A stretch of DNA of 60,125 nucleotides from a virus (Duplodnaviria; Caudoviricetes): positions 1-60,125 of the IMG/VR virus record IMGVR_UViG_3300043485_000026; one strand, 5' to 3'. Below the pieces are notes generated by a model. That model was not told the origin of the DNA. It was given only the letters and a program-made list of their open reading frames with translations, and did not search any database. Every line of letters starts with the position of its first letter. Within the stretch, counting starts at the first letter, position 1. This document shows, piece after piece, positions 9,305-18,588 of this stretch. A program made the translations under genes and the position numbers.

Positions 9305-9919
9305 TTATGCGACCTTACGGCGCAATGGCCGGCGCTGCCATTCCTTGCGTTGCGCTTGGGTCTGACGATCGTTGCGGAAGCGGTCTCGTTGCTCCATAGC
9401 GTTGGCTTCCGCTGCCTTCGCATACCGTGATGCTTCCGCGTCTGAGATGACTTCCAGGTCGTCAATGGCCTTCCCGGGCCGAGCGGTGTATTCGCCGCGG
9501 TCAGTGTGGCCATGCAGGATGTCGTATTGCGACGCGAGATAGCGCGGCTCATCCACCACGACCTCGAAGACCACGACCTGCACAAGAGTTGACGTATGGC
9601 GTGCCTCGAAGCGCTCCACCAGCTCGCGGTCTTCCGGATCCTGTTGCTTGAGGACCCAGCGTTGATCATGGTGGCGCACCCATTCGGCCTTGAGTTCGGC
9701 TGTGGTGCGGTAGCCCTCGCGTTTAGCGTCTCGGAATGTTAGAGCACTCATGGGCTGCGTTGATACACCCAGCACATGAACTCGACAGAGGGCTGGTTTG
9801 CCACGACCTGGTTGCACGGGGTAGTCATGGCCGGTCTTCAAGGGGCGCGCTGTGTGCCGGATCTGCGTGACTCGTCCGTCAGCGATGGCTTTCGCGGTCT
9901 TTTTGCTGCGGATGATCAC
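9305..9919 (-). CDS. ASCH-domain-like protein
   Basis: AI..G..TQ.R, VQPGRGK, ..T..DA.REG motifs. Confidence 0.7.
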   Translation of the reverse strand: MIIRSKKTAKAIADGRVTQIRHTARPLKTGHDYPVQPGRGKPALCRVHVLGVSTQPMSALTFRDAKREGYRTTAELKAEWVRHHDQRWVLKQQDPEDRELVERFEARHTSTLVQVVVFEVVVDEPRYLASQYDILHGHTDRGEYTARPGKAIDDLEVISDAEASRYAKAAEANAMEQRDRFRNDRQTQAQRKEWQRRPLRRKVA

Positions 9920-10104
9920 AGCGTGCCGCCGATTCGAGAAAGGATCTCCTCGTTCCAATCATCCGCCTCTTCGAGCTTGGCGACTAGCTCAGCGTTCTTT
10001 GTACTTAGGGCCTCAATCCGATCCTGTAGCTCGTCAAGCTGCGCTTTGATCTCCGGGATCGCCGCAACCGAGATCCGAACCGTCGTTAGTTTGGCGTTGA
10101 TCAA
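9916..10104 (-). CDS. Small coiled-coil hypothetical protein
   Basis: 62 aa, SD AAGGAGG, GTGA coupling to the next gene. Confidence 0.6.
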   Translation of the reverse strand: MINAKLTTVRISVAAIPEIKAQLDELQDRIEALSTKNAELVAKLEEADDWNEEILSRIGGTL

Positions 10105-10201
10105 GCGGCCTCCTTGCCTGTGTTGTATCGCACAAAGATAGAGGTTGGTCTGGCCGGAATAGCGGGTATCGTGCGATGCGCGGTTCGCCCCCGCGCTGTA
10201 C

Positions 10202-10245
10202 TCACGACCCGCGGCAGCCTATTCCCCTTGGCTCGCGGGTCGTGA
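10202..10245. terminator. Long hairpin with C-rich loop
   Basis: 12-bp stem tcacgacccgcg/cgcgggtcgtga plus a 4-bp inner stem; intergenic. Confidence 0.55.
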
Positions 10246-10476
10246 TCGTTAGAACACGACAACAGCGATGACGCCCAGTAGGCCCAAGATGAAGGCAGTC
10301 CAGAAGGCTTGGAGGACGGTGCGGCCTAGATCATCGGCGTTCATCCCGCGCCCAAGAACCGAACGAAGGCTTCGACGAGTTGCGCTCCTATTGCGAACAG
10401 ATCGCCGGCGAGCGTCAAGAACCGCATGAGGTTGCTCCTAGCGTGGGGCCATGGACCCTAGCGCGCGCTACAAAGC

Positions 10477-10674
10477 CTACGAATCCAGGCGCTCCCATTC
10501 CCAACCCTTACGAGCGCAGTATGCAGCGACCCTGCGTCCGTCCCAACCCGTCATGTAGCCAAGGATCGGTGCGGCCTGCTGCACGCGTCCCCCCTCCGCA
10601 ACGAGCCCAGCAACGAAGTGCGGAGCGACGATCCGAACGAGCACTTCTCCAGGCGACGTTAGTGGGTGCGTCAT
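10477..10674 (-). CDS. Conserved-looking small hypothetical protein
   Basis: 65 aa with APHFVAG...AAPIL.YM.GW...YC..KGW. Confidence 0.65.
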   Translation of the reverse strand: MTHPLTSPGEVLVRIVAPHFVAGLVAEGGRVQQAAPILGYMTGWDGRRVAAYCARKGWEWERLDS

Positions 10675-12099
10675 CTAGACGAGAACCGGCTTGGCGGGCG
10701 CGTACTCAGCGACCATCGCTTCGATGTCGTCGTCGGTCACGTACGCCGCTCTGACGCGCACAGCATCCCGTTCCGTGTTCTTCAGGACGTAGCAGACGCC
10801 TGGTAGCTCAACCGGGATCTCGTGGCATTTAGCGCCGCGCTCAGCAGCACCACGGCCCATGATCATGTCCGACTCATCCGGCGTATCCAAACGAGCGCCA
10901 ATCTTCACGGGGAACGAACGGCGAAAGCCTCCTGACGCTTCGACACGGGGGTCGGTGACCGTCCCGATCACCCGGAAGCCTGCAGCACGTCCCTTGCGCA
11001 GCAAGTGGCCCATTGAGGCATGGATGCTTGCCGAGAGATCCTTGGGCTTCCCCTTCTGTTCAAGCAGGTCGACCATCTCATCAATGATGATTAGGACCAA
11101 CGGCATCTTAGGGGTTGGTTCGTGCTTCCGTAGTCGCTGCGCCTTGATCTTGCGCATCTGCTTGCGCATCGCCGTGACGGCATCGGCGAGCATGGCAGCC
11201 ATGTCCTCAAGCTCTCCGTCCTCATAGCGAGCGAACATGCCCGGAGTATCGTCGTTGCCCGCGAGGGGTCCGAACTCGACGCCTTCCTTCGGATCGCACG
11301 CCCAGATGACCACGCGCCCATCTCGGATCGCTGGAGCAAGCCCACGAATCAACGACTGGAGCACGCCGCTCTTACCGCTACCAGTCGTGCCAGCGAGCAA
11401 CATGTGCAACGCGAGGTCGATCGTCCACGGCTCCCCGCGTTCCGTGAGACCAACCTGCACCGCCGAGAAATCAATCCTCTCTGAGGTCCTTAGAATCGGT
11501 AACGCTGGGATCTCTTCGGCCAGCGGGTCAGGGCCGTACGCGAACTCCAACCGGACCCCGGCACGTGGCTCCCAGACCTTCCACCACGGCCTCTGGGTTG
11601 GATGCTCGTAGACCCGGCATTCACGTGCTCCAAAGTCGCTTTGCAACGCGGGAGCCATACGCTGGTAATCCTCGATGGTCTGACTGATCAACGCCCGGAC
11701 CAAGACTGTGTCGCCAAACTCGTGGCAGCGAACCTTGACGAGCTGTGGGTACACGTCGATGCCGTTCTCGATGACCTCTGACAAGCGGTTTAGCTCCATT
11801 ACGTCCCGCCAACGTCGTTTGTAGCGCCACCAACGTCGGTAGTCCGCTCGTAGGGGTTGGGACACCCAACGTTGAAACGACGATCGATGGAAAGCCCACC
11901 AGGGCAACAGCGGGATCGCGAGGTAGCAGGGAAGCGCTGTAGACGTTCTAGCCCCAAACGCAACCGTGAGCGCTACGAACGCTCCAACGCAAGCCCACAG
12001 TTTCGGATGGCTGCGCAACACCCCGACAACCACCAGCCATGCCTTCAACGCCTCGTGACCAAACCAGGGAATCCACGACGGATGCGGGATGATGTTCAC
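10675..12099 (-). CDS. Membrane-anchored FtsK/SpoIIIE-domain DNA translocase (TraB-like)
   Basis: N-terminal TM helices, Walker A GTTGSGKS, CDPK..VE, Walker B IIIDE, GRAAG, PG..Y. Confidence 0.88.
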   Translation of the reverse strand: MNIIPHPSWIPWFGHEALKAWLVVVGVLRSHPKLWACVGAFVALTVAFGARTSTALPCYLAIPLLPWWAFHRSSFQRWVSQPLRADYRRWWRYKRRWRDVMELNRLSEVIENGIDVYPQLVKVRCHEFGDTVLVRALISQTIEDYQRMAPALQSDFGARECRVYEHPTQRPWWKVWEPRAGVRLEFAYGPDPLAEEIPALPILRTSERIDFSAVQVGLTERGEPWTIDLALHMLLAGTTGSGKSGVLQSLIRGLAPAIRDGRVVIWACDPKEGVEFGPLAGNDDTPGMFARYEDGELEDMAAMLADAVTAMRKQMRKIKAQRLRKHEPTPKMPLVLIIIDEMVDLLEQKGKPKDLSASIHASMGHLLRKGRAAGFRVIGTVTDPRVEASGGFRRSFPVKIGARLDTPDESDMIMGRGAAERGAKCHEIPVELPGVCYVLKNTERDAVRVRAAYVTDDDIEAMVAEYAPAKPVLV

Positions 12100-12599
12100 G
12101 AGAGGGGTGAGCCATATGTCAGACCAAGCCCAGATTGGCGCACGGCTTCAGCACACACGGCTCCGTAGGCGATCAGCGCCGAAGGGCCGCCAGAGTTGCC
12201 TGGGGCTGACCGTCCGTCCCCCGCGATGAACGTCAGCCGGCGCTCAATGAAGCAAACCGCCGATGCGCTTGGGACCGCCAGATGCCACCAGCGCACATCC
12301 GTACGGCTGAACACGAGCGCGATCCCGTCCCCGTGTTCGGCGAGCTTTCGGACCCAAACGCCAGCCTGAGCACCATACGGCGGGTTGAGCCACACACGGC
12401 CCCACCACGGTCGCGCTAAACCATCGTCCCGTTCGCTGTAGTGAGCGTTGGCTGGCACCCACGAGACGCCACCGTCCGGAGCACATGGGTCCAAATCAAA
12501 GACGAGCCCTAGGGCATCGAACACGTGCGGAGGCGTGTACCACTCGTTGGTCTTGCCCTGGTTTGGGAGATGGGGATGCGCCCAACCGATAGCGGTCAT
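12096..12599 (-). CDS. Phage DNA N6-adenine methyltransferase (Dam family)
   Basis: EWYTP, FDLDPC, DGL..W, WLNPPY, RTD..WW motifs. Confidence 0.92.
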   Translation of the reverse strand: MTAIGWAHPHLPNQGKTNEWYTPPHVFDALGLVFDLDPCAPDGGVSWVPANAHYSERDDGLARPWWGRVWLNPPYGAQAGVWVRKLAEHGDGIALVFSRTDVRWWHLAVPSASAVCFIERRLTFIAGDGRSAPGNSGGPSALIAYGAVCAEAVRQSGLGLTYGSPLS

Positions 12600-12946
12600 C
12601 GAGCACACTCCGCATCCCTAGCCGCTTCCTTAGCATCCCTCGCGGCGCCCTCACACTCCCACAACGCACGCTCAGCACCCCGCAGATCGGCTTTACGGGC
12701 CGTGCCCATCGCATGACGCTGCGCGATCTCAACACGCCTCAACGCAATCCGTGTCGCAGCCACCGCGGCCTCAACGGGAATCATGCGCTCCTCACCCTTG
12801 CCCTCAACCCTGCGCAGGGCACGCTCAGCGCGATCCACGGCCTCCTGAACCTGATGCAACGCGTCCGTGGCCGCACGAGCGATAGCACGCGCCTTACGCG
12901 CTATCGCCTGCTTACGAGCCTGCTGACGCTGCGCAACCGTGCTCAC
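12596..12946 (-). CDS. Ala/Arg-rich helical hypothetical protein
   Basis: Coupled by overlaps on both sides. Confidence 0.5.
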   Translation of the reverse strand: MSTVAQRQQARKQAIARKARAIARAATDALHQVQEAVDRAERALRRVEGKGEERMIPVEAAVAATRIALRRVEIAQRHAMGTARKADLRGAERALWECEGAARDAKEAARDAECAR

Positions 12947-13242
12947 GACACCGGCCGGAACCGCTGCTTCGAGCACAGGCCCTCTGACTTCTCGCGAACC
13001 CGGCGAGCCTGCCAACCATGATCGTACGTCGTCAAATCCCCACGCACCCGATCCCCACCAACCACCAGCACGCGAGGCCAACCCGAACGATGCGCATACG
13101 CGACCACTGGACGACCAACCGACACACGCACGACATACGGGCGACGCACACACGACCTGTGGGCCAAACGCTCGCGATGATCATGCGCAGCCTTCACGGT
13201 CCCCACAAACGACACAAGTGCGATAAAGGCCAGAACCCTCAC
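12943..13242 (-). CDS. Hypothetical protein with hydrophobic N-terminus
   Basis: 99 aa, GTGA overlaps. Confidence 0.5.
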   Translation of the reverse strand: MRVLAFIALVSFVGTVKAAHDHRERLAHRSCVRRPYVVRVSVGRPVVAYAHRSGWPRVLVVGGDRVRGDLTTYDHGWQARRVREKSEGLCSKQRFRPVS

Positions 13243-13499
13243 GTGTCCAGCTCAGCCGTCACGTCGCCATGTATCTCTACCGCTCCTTCAATAAGGCGCT
13301 GGGTCGCTGCAACCCAGCCCGGCCTAGTTCCTGTACTCTCGAAATCCTTGAGGACAGCACGCAGGTCGTCTACCGCGAGTTCGAGCATGCACTGAGCACC
13401 GGCCAGCTTCCCGCGTTCCGCGTCATCCCATTCCCAGCTTCGGTGGATCAGGGGCGGCTCTCGCTCGCGGTAGACATAGCCGCCCGTGTCTCGACTCAT
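13239..13499 (-). CDS. Hypothetical protein
   Basis: ATGA overlap with the upstream gene. Confidence 0.55.
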   Translation of the reverse strand: MSRDTGGYVYREREPPLIHRSWEWDDAERGKLAGAQCMLELAVDDLRAVLKDFESTGTRPGWVAATQRLIEGAVEIHGDVTAELDT

Positions 13500-13888
13500 C
13501 GACTGGTGCTCCACGGCGCGGGTGGCAACGACACGTCCAACACCCCAGCCGCAACCAAAAGCCCCATCACGGCCACGAGCATCAACAGCCCGAACACGTA
13601 GCCCGCCAGCGGACCCCAACGCCAACCGTGACGATCAGGCGCCAGCTCATACAGATCCTGCGTAGAACGGCGCATCGGAGCGTCCATAAAGAAATCGGAC
13701 TCATCGCGACGCGGCAGAATCCGAACCCGATTGGTGCCCTGCACCTCGCGATGCACCAACGTACGCTCATCATCAAACCCCTCGTAGCGCTCCGCAAGCT
13801 CACGCCGACGACCCGCAGGCAGCGGATGCCGATTCGCCTGGACACGCGCCAGCTCTGAGCGATACCGCTCGTCGTCGCGCTCAGACAT
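13496..13888 (-). CDS. Membrane protein
   Basis: C-terminal TM segment LAGYVFGLLMLVAVMGLLVAAGVL. Confidence 0.6.
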   Translation of the reverse strand: MSERDDERYRSELARVQANRHPLPAGRRRELAERYEGFDDERTLVHREVQGTNRVRILPRRDESDFFMDAPMRRSTQDLYELAPDRHGWRWGPLAGYVFGLLMLVAVMGLLVAAGVLDVSLPPAPWSTSR

Positions 13889-14307
13889 GGCGCCAACCCC
13901 GATTAGACATAGCGAGACGATCAGTTCGCGGGAGTGCTCTGATCCCAACGATGACCGTGTTGAAATGCTGGGCGTAATCCCTCGCCCGTGGTTCGCTAGG
14001 CGGGCGAAGCCCTAGCCTAGCGATAGCGCGGGACTTTCCGCAACGTTGGCGTGTCGTTTCTGGCTCGGTGGTCATGTGGTGGCCTCGTAGGGCTCGTGGT
14101 CCGTGCCCCCCGTGGTTACGTGCTGCTCAATGAGCGCCTGCTTCCAGTCGGTTGTGCCTGAGCCTTGTGTGCCCCATCCGAGCGAGCCGCGGGCGATTTG
14201 TCGCATGTTCTCCGCGAGGTCGTCTGTGCAGGGTTCGTGGTAGGCGATTATTTCAAGCGCGTGGCGATAGTTCGCAACCTCAGGGTTGCGTTTGGGCTGG
14301 TGGCTGG

Positions 14308-14574
14308 TCATGTCCACACGTCCTGCGGGTCGGTCTTCACGGCGCGTGTAAGGATCTTGATCGCGGCGGAGGGGATGACCATGAAGGTGCCGTACTGCTG
14401 CTCCTCGTGTCCTTGTGTGGCGGTAGTGATTGCTGCTTTGCGGCTTGGGGCTTGGACGCTCTCGGCTATTACGGCCCAGTCGCCGTCCTGGGTTGCGCGG
14501 AAGATGTCGTAGCTGGGGTTCTTGGTGCGGGTTGGCTCTCGGTCTTCGCCGGCCGTGAGGTCTGTGGTGCTCAT
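14308..14574 (-). CDS. Hypothetical protein
   Basis: 88 aa, SD GAAGGA, ATGA overlap. Confidence 0.6.
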   Translation of the reverse strand: MSTTDLTAGEDREPTRTKNPSYDIFRATQDGDWAVIAESVQAPSRKAAITTATQGHEEQQYGTFMVIPSAAIKILTRAVKTDPQDVWT

Positions 14575-14834
14575 CGTTTGCGTTCCTTCTCCTGGTTGAG
14601 TTTGGCCGGGCGGTCTGCGCGAGGGTCGTCGTGCGCTCGAAGCGAAGCCAGCGAGACAGGGGCGTTCTGACCAGTTGGCCTGTCCGGTGCTGTCACACGT
14701 GCCGGCTTCGCTTCGAGCGCGCGGTCTACCGCTCTTTGAACGAACACGCGGCGTGTTTGGCCGAGCTGTTCGGCTTTGGCGTCCACGGTTTGGATCCAGG
14801 TCTCGTCGAACATCCCCAGTTGCTTGCGTGCCAT
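14571..14834 (-). CDS. Ribbon-helix-helix protein (probably leaderless)
   Basis: MARKQLGMFDE...D..AE.LGQTR..FV.RAV; -10 TAGAGT 7 nt before the ATG. Confidence 0.6.
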   Translation of the reverse strand: MARKQLGMFDETWIQTVDAKAEQLGQTRRVFVQRAVDRALEAKPARVTAPDRPTGQNAPVSLASLRAHDDPRADRPAKLNQEKERKR

Positions 14835-14847
14835 ACAGCTTACTCTA

Positions 14848-15237
14848 TCACGCTGTAGCGTCGGATTGCATGTTTGGGTGTGGGGTGCCGCAGTTGATGC
14901 AGCGACCACCAGCCTCGGCGTCCTCCCAGTATTCGCCGCCGCAGGACCGGCAACGAGCATCGTTCAGGGCCGCGCGAGCTATTTGCCCCACGGTCCGGGG
15001 TTCCCAGTTCTCATGTTCGGCGATGTCGGTGAGGGCTTGCCAGTAGCGGTCGCATTCTTCCCGGCAGTCTTCTCGTGGGATGGGGTGGTCGATGGGGAGC
15101 TGGTGCTGCTCTAGCGCTCGGACGATGCGTTCGAGCTGGTCGCGGATCCAGGTTTCGCGGGCGATGAGGCCACGTTGTTTGTCGATGCGGTCGCGTAGGT
15201 CTGGGGGGATCCTGACGTTGACGGGACGGTTGGTCAC
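14848..15237 (-). CDS. RHH protein with C-terminal zinc ribbon
   Basis: VNVRIPPDL..RID..RG...RE.WIR plus CRSCG...CINCG. Confidence 0.65.
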   Translation of the reverse strand: MTNRPVNVRIPPDLRDRIDKQRGLIARETWIRDQLERIVRALEQHQLPIDHPIPREDCREECDRYWQALTDIAEHENWEPRTVGQIARAALNDARCRSCGGEYWEDAEAGGRCINCGTPHPNMQSDATA

Positions 15238-15425
15238 GACTGGCCCAACAGGTCCACGGGCTGCCCGCTGACCATCGGCTTCAGAGCCTGATAGCGATGT
15301 CCGTCTGCGGTTTGCACGACGTAACGTCCGGCCCTGACCTTGACGATCGTTACGGGACGATTCTGGAGACTGATCTCGTTGAACCAGAAGGCTTGGCTGC
15401 CGGGCTGAAGGTCTGTTGTGCTCAT
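15234..15425 (-). CDS. Small hypothetical protein (leaderless)
   Basis: ATG 6 nt after the -10 box. Confidence 0.6.
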   Translation of the reverse strand: MSTTDLQPGSQAFWFNEISLQNRPVTIVKVRAGRYVVQTADGHRYQALKPMVSGQPVDLLGQS

Positions 15426-15431
15426 AGGTCT

Positions 15432-15460
15432 ATTATGCACGCATTCGCACGCATTGTCAA
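15432..15460 (-). promoter_or_regulatory. Sigma70-type promoter with tandem-repeat operator
   Basis: TTGACA-N17-CATAAT; AATGCGTGC is repeated twice across the spacer. Confidence 0.8.
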
Positions 15461-15487
15461 GGGCTTTAGGCACCATGACTACAGTCC

Positions 15488-15754
15488 GTGGTCAACGACC
15501 GAGAGGCCAAGATGCCCACCGTTCCCGCACCAGCGAAGATCACGAAACCCAAGATGTCGGGTCTGCAACGCCGCGCTATTGGCGGTGCTTTGGAGGACGC
15601 GCAGGAATGGCTTGCCGCGAACACCCCTGCGTTGACGGCTCAGGCGCACAGTCTGGTTGATCGCGGGTTGGCTCCGTTGCCGGTGTTGCTGCATCGCTTG
15701 GTCGATCAGGGCTTGGCGTGGGGTACGGCACGGTTCGCAGCGTTGAAGCTCTAG
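15488..15754 (+). CDS. Hypothetical protein (divergent)
   Basis: Protein-like composition, probable start MPTVPAP; overlaps the tail of a - strand ORF. Confidence 0.4.
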   Translation: MVNDREAKMPTVPAPAKITKPKMSGLQRRAIGGALEDAQEWLAANTPALTAQAHSLVDRGLAPLPVLLHRLVDQGLAWGTARFAALKL

Positions 15755-15943
15755 ACGGTTCTAACGCCTTACGGGCCATCTCCGCTACCTCTAGGTATGC
15801 CTGCTCCCATCCCTCGCCGTCCAGCATTTCAGCGTGGCGCTGGATGGCCTCTAGCGCATCGCGGTAACGATCACGCTCTACTGCCAATAGCATCGCGGCA
15901 GCCCACGGGTTACCTGCGTCAGCCTTTCGTTGCAGACCCGCTT

Positions 15944-16297
15944 CTATCGAGCGCATGTCGGCCATCCTGCGGTGGATCCCCACGCCCAACCAATCCTGCT
16001 CGCCCACACCACAGCCCGATAGCGCTGCTCCAGGACGGGTGCCTGATAGGCGTAGCGATACCGGCTCCCCGTTTGCCGCCACGCCGTGGGCTCGAACTGC
16101 AGGCCGCCGTCAAACGCTCCGTCCAAGTGCCAGTGGTTGCGGCTTTCGCAGTGCGCGATCTTGTTGAGGCGTGCGAGGTGCGGCCTGATTTGGGCTCGTT
16201 TGCAGGGTGGTTTCTTGCAGGTCGTAACGACTGCTTGGGCTGGTGCGGGGATGGTCGCGCAAACGGCAGCACTAAGAAGTGCGATCGGGCGCTTCAT
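15944..16297 (-). CDS. rpf: Secreted resuscitation-promoting-factor (Rpf)-like transglycosylase
   Basis: Signal peptide plus IAHCES..HW, GGLQF...W, A...EQ...A, WPTC Rpf core motifs. Confidence 0.88.
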   Translation of the reverse strand: MKRPIALLSAAVCATIPAPAQAVVTTCKKPPCKRAQIRPHLARLNKIAHCESRNHWHLDGAFDGGLQFEPTAWRQTGSRYRYAYQAPVLEQRYRAVVWASRIGWAWGSTAGWPTCAR

Positions 16298-17399
16298 GGC
16301 GTGCCGTCCTTATGCCTCTTGGCAGCAGCTAGCGCCGATTCTTGATTCCATTCGCGAATGCCTGTCCAGTCGCATGAACACACGGGCTGCCAGCGCTGGT
16401 CGCCACCGCGATCTATTACATCAACGTTGTGTGTGCCGCGTGGTGGCTTGACGATACGGGGCGCCTCGTATTTGTGGACCCACCGTCCCCAGCGGTCATA
16501 GCCAGCGCTTGGCATCAGCCACCCCATATCCGGCGCCAGACACCCGTGCGTGCGAGTAGCCGGCCGACCACGATGTTCTTCGCGCGGTTTGGGAGACGCT
16601 TTGGATGAATCACGGCGTCGGCAGTGTTCGTCCAGCGCGCCAGTCGGTAGAGGTTCCCGTGCGGGCTCATGATCTGCCTTCCCCTTCGGTAGCGGACGGC
16701 TCAAGGTCCAGTTCGCTCAGACCCGCCTCAGCGAGTGCTTCAGCGATCCTCACGTCTGGTGGCGTGCTTTCAAGAGCGGCCATGATCGCGGTGTCTTGTG
16801 CTTGCGTGCGAAAGAACATCAGGGCTCCCTAATCCTCGTTATGAGGCGTCGCCACGTACGATTCGCGGCTTGGACCTGGGGCGGATGATCGGTCCCTGGA
16901 TAGGCGGGGCCAACTGCTCGTTCATCTCGCGAGCCATGCGCTCGATCTCCTGGCGGCGGTCATCGTCGTCCGGCGCGTCATGCGTGATGGTGCGTGTGGT
17001 CATGTGGTCTCCGTAACTTCGCTTATCGGGCGATGCTCGCGCGAGAGGTCCAGCGCGTCGATGAGCCGGCGGGCTTCCATGCGAGGCGTCAAGCGGTCGC
17101 GCACGGGAGTACGATCACGCTTCATGATGTGGTAGAGAACGATCTCCTCATCCGCAACGCGATCGTGCGGCGTCTCGATACGCTCGATATTAGGCACTAT
17201 GTCCCCTCCCCTTCGTTGACGGGTGTCCAGCGCTGCCAAAACTCGCTGAGCGGGATCGTGGAAACGTCAGCCACCGCGCACGACAGAACCACTCGCGTGG
17301 GCTCACCGGCCCCTGAGTAGTCCTCAACGAGCCCTTCGACTCGCCAGGCAACATGGTGGTCCCTGCGACGAATCTTGGTGCCGATGCGTAGTAGATCGG

Positions 17400-17717
17400 T
17401 CATCGCTCGGGACTGCAACCGTGTGGACAATCCCCGGCGAAGCTGTCAGGTGGGTCGCAACGCCCCGTAGGACCAGCTCCACAAACCTCGCATTCAACGG
17501 AACCCCCTCGGAGGTCCGGGTCGCGTAGCACCGTGCTCGACACTCGCCAATTCGTCCCTGCCTCAGTCTGGCGATCCCGATGCAGATCCTCGATACTCAT
17601 GAGGTAGCGATCCATGCCGCGTTGAATGAACTTGCTGACGCTGCGGTCTTCTAGCTCGGCGGCCCGTTCGATGCGAGGCCACTGCTCATCAGGGAAGTAG
17701 ACGGACTTACGCGGCAT
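17400..17717 (-). CDS. Ribbon-helix-helix (CopG-like) protein with Cys-rich tail
   Basis: MPRKSVYFPDE...IE.AA..EDRSVSKFI. Confidence 0.75.
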   Translation of the reverse strand: MPRKSVYFPDEQWPRIERAAELEDRSVSKFIQRGMDRYLMSIEDLHRDRQTEAGTNWRVSSTVLRDPDLRGGSVECEVCGAGPTGRCDPPDSFAGDCPHGCSPER

Positions 17718-17865
17718 CGTTCATCCTCTCGCAAAGTTCGATGGCCTGGTCGCGTGTGCCGCGAAAGGGCTCGACAACGCCGAACATCCGGCCTGTCTCG
17801 CGTATTGCGTAGACGCCACAACGCTGAAGACAGATTTCGTAGCGCGCACTCTGTGTTTGGCTCAT
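17707..17865 (-). CDS. Small hypothetical protein (52 aa, below the ORF-track cutoff)
   Basis: MSQTQSARYE...; follows a TTGACA box at ~17895-17900 and overlaps the RHH start. Confidence 0.55.
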   Translation of the reverse strand: MSQTQSARYEICLQRCGVYAIRETGRMFGVVEPFRGTRDQAIELCERMNDAA

Positions 17866-17883
17866 GTGAGATAGCTTCCCACA

Positions 17884-18327
17884 CTAGCCCACTGGTGTCA
17901 AGGGCTCCCACACAAGCGTTACGCGGGTCTGCTCAACCCCCACGACCGGGCTCTTCCTCACCGACACCAGCTCCACCTCATCGTCCGAATCATGCAATAT
18001 CCAGCCCCCCACGATCCTGGCGCCATCAACCACCATCTCCCCGCGCCATAGGGCATCAAGCAGAGCCTCTGAGAGCATCCCGATCCTGACGTTCTCCGCC
18101 TCCAACCTGGTGCGCTTGCGCTCGAAGACCTCCGCGTAGACCAGGAGCTTGCCGGTCTTCCGAATCGGCTTCTCAAGATCCAGCTCGTCCAGCGCCCGGA
18201 TGAACTTCCACATCCATGCGCGCTTGATGCTGTTCTTGCGTGCCGGATGGGTCTTGAGGCTCTTGTCGTTCTTGCTGGGCGGGATGCCCCGCACCGCGAA
18301 CTCGACGGACATCAGCGTCCCGGTCAT
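17884..18327 (-). CDS. RusA-like Holliday junction resolvase (divergent)
   Basis: F...G.PPSKN, R.E.EN, ALLDAL, G.ILHDSD; the canonical DxDN is replaced by EAEN. Confidence 0.6.
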   Translation of the reverse strand: MTGTLMSVEFAVRGIPPSKNDKSLKTHPARKNSIKRAWMWKFIRALDELDLEKPIRKTGKLLVYAEVFERKRTRLEAENVRIGMLSEALLDALWRGEMVVDGARIVGGWILHDSDDEVELVSVRKSPVVGVEQTRVTLVWEPLTPVG

Positions 18328-18588
18328 CGCCGAGAGTGGTCCCGGCCGGGCGCGCGCACCCTTCGAGGCCGGGACTCTCCCTCTCTTCCCTGGACGCTGC
18401 CAGGCGCGCGACGGAAGCTTGGTACTGCTTCAACTATCAGGTAGGGCCATCGCCTGAGGGTGCGCGGCCCAAACTCTACGCGTATCGCAAGCCGAAAGAC
18501 GAACCCATGCCTCATGCGTGTTCGTTCTTGAACGACGACGACCGCCATGGGGAGCGGTCGTCGCGTGAGCCAGATATGAGGGCTCTAG

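Noticed and set aside
15437-15455. CRISPR-like or iteron repeat
   Set aside because: Only two 9-bp copies inside a promoter spacer. No repeat-spacer array or cas genes were seen anywhere.
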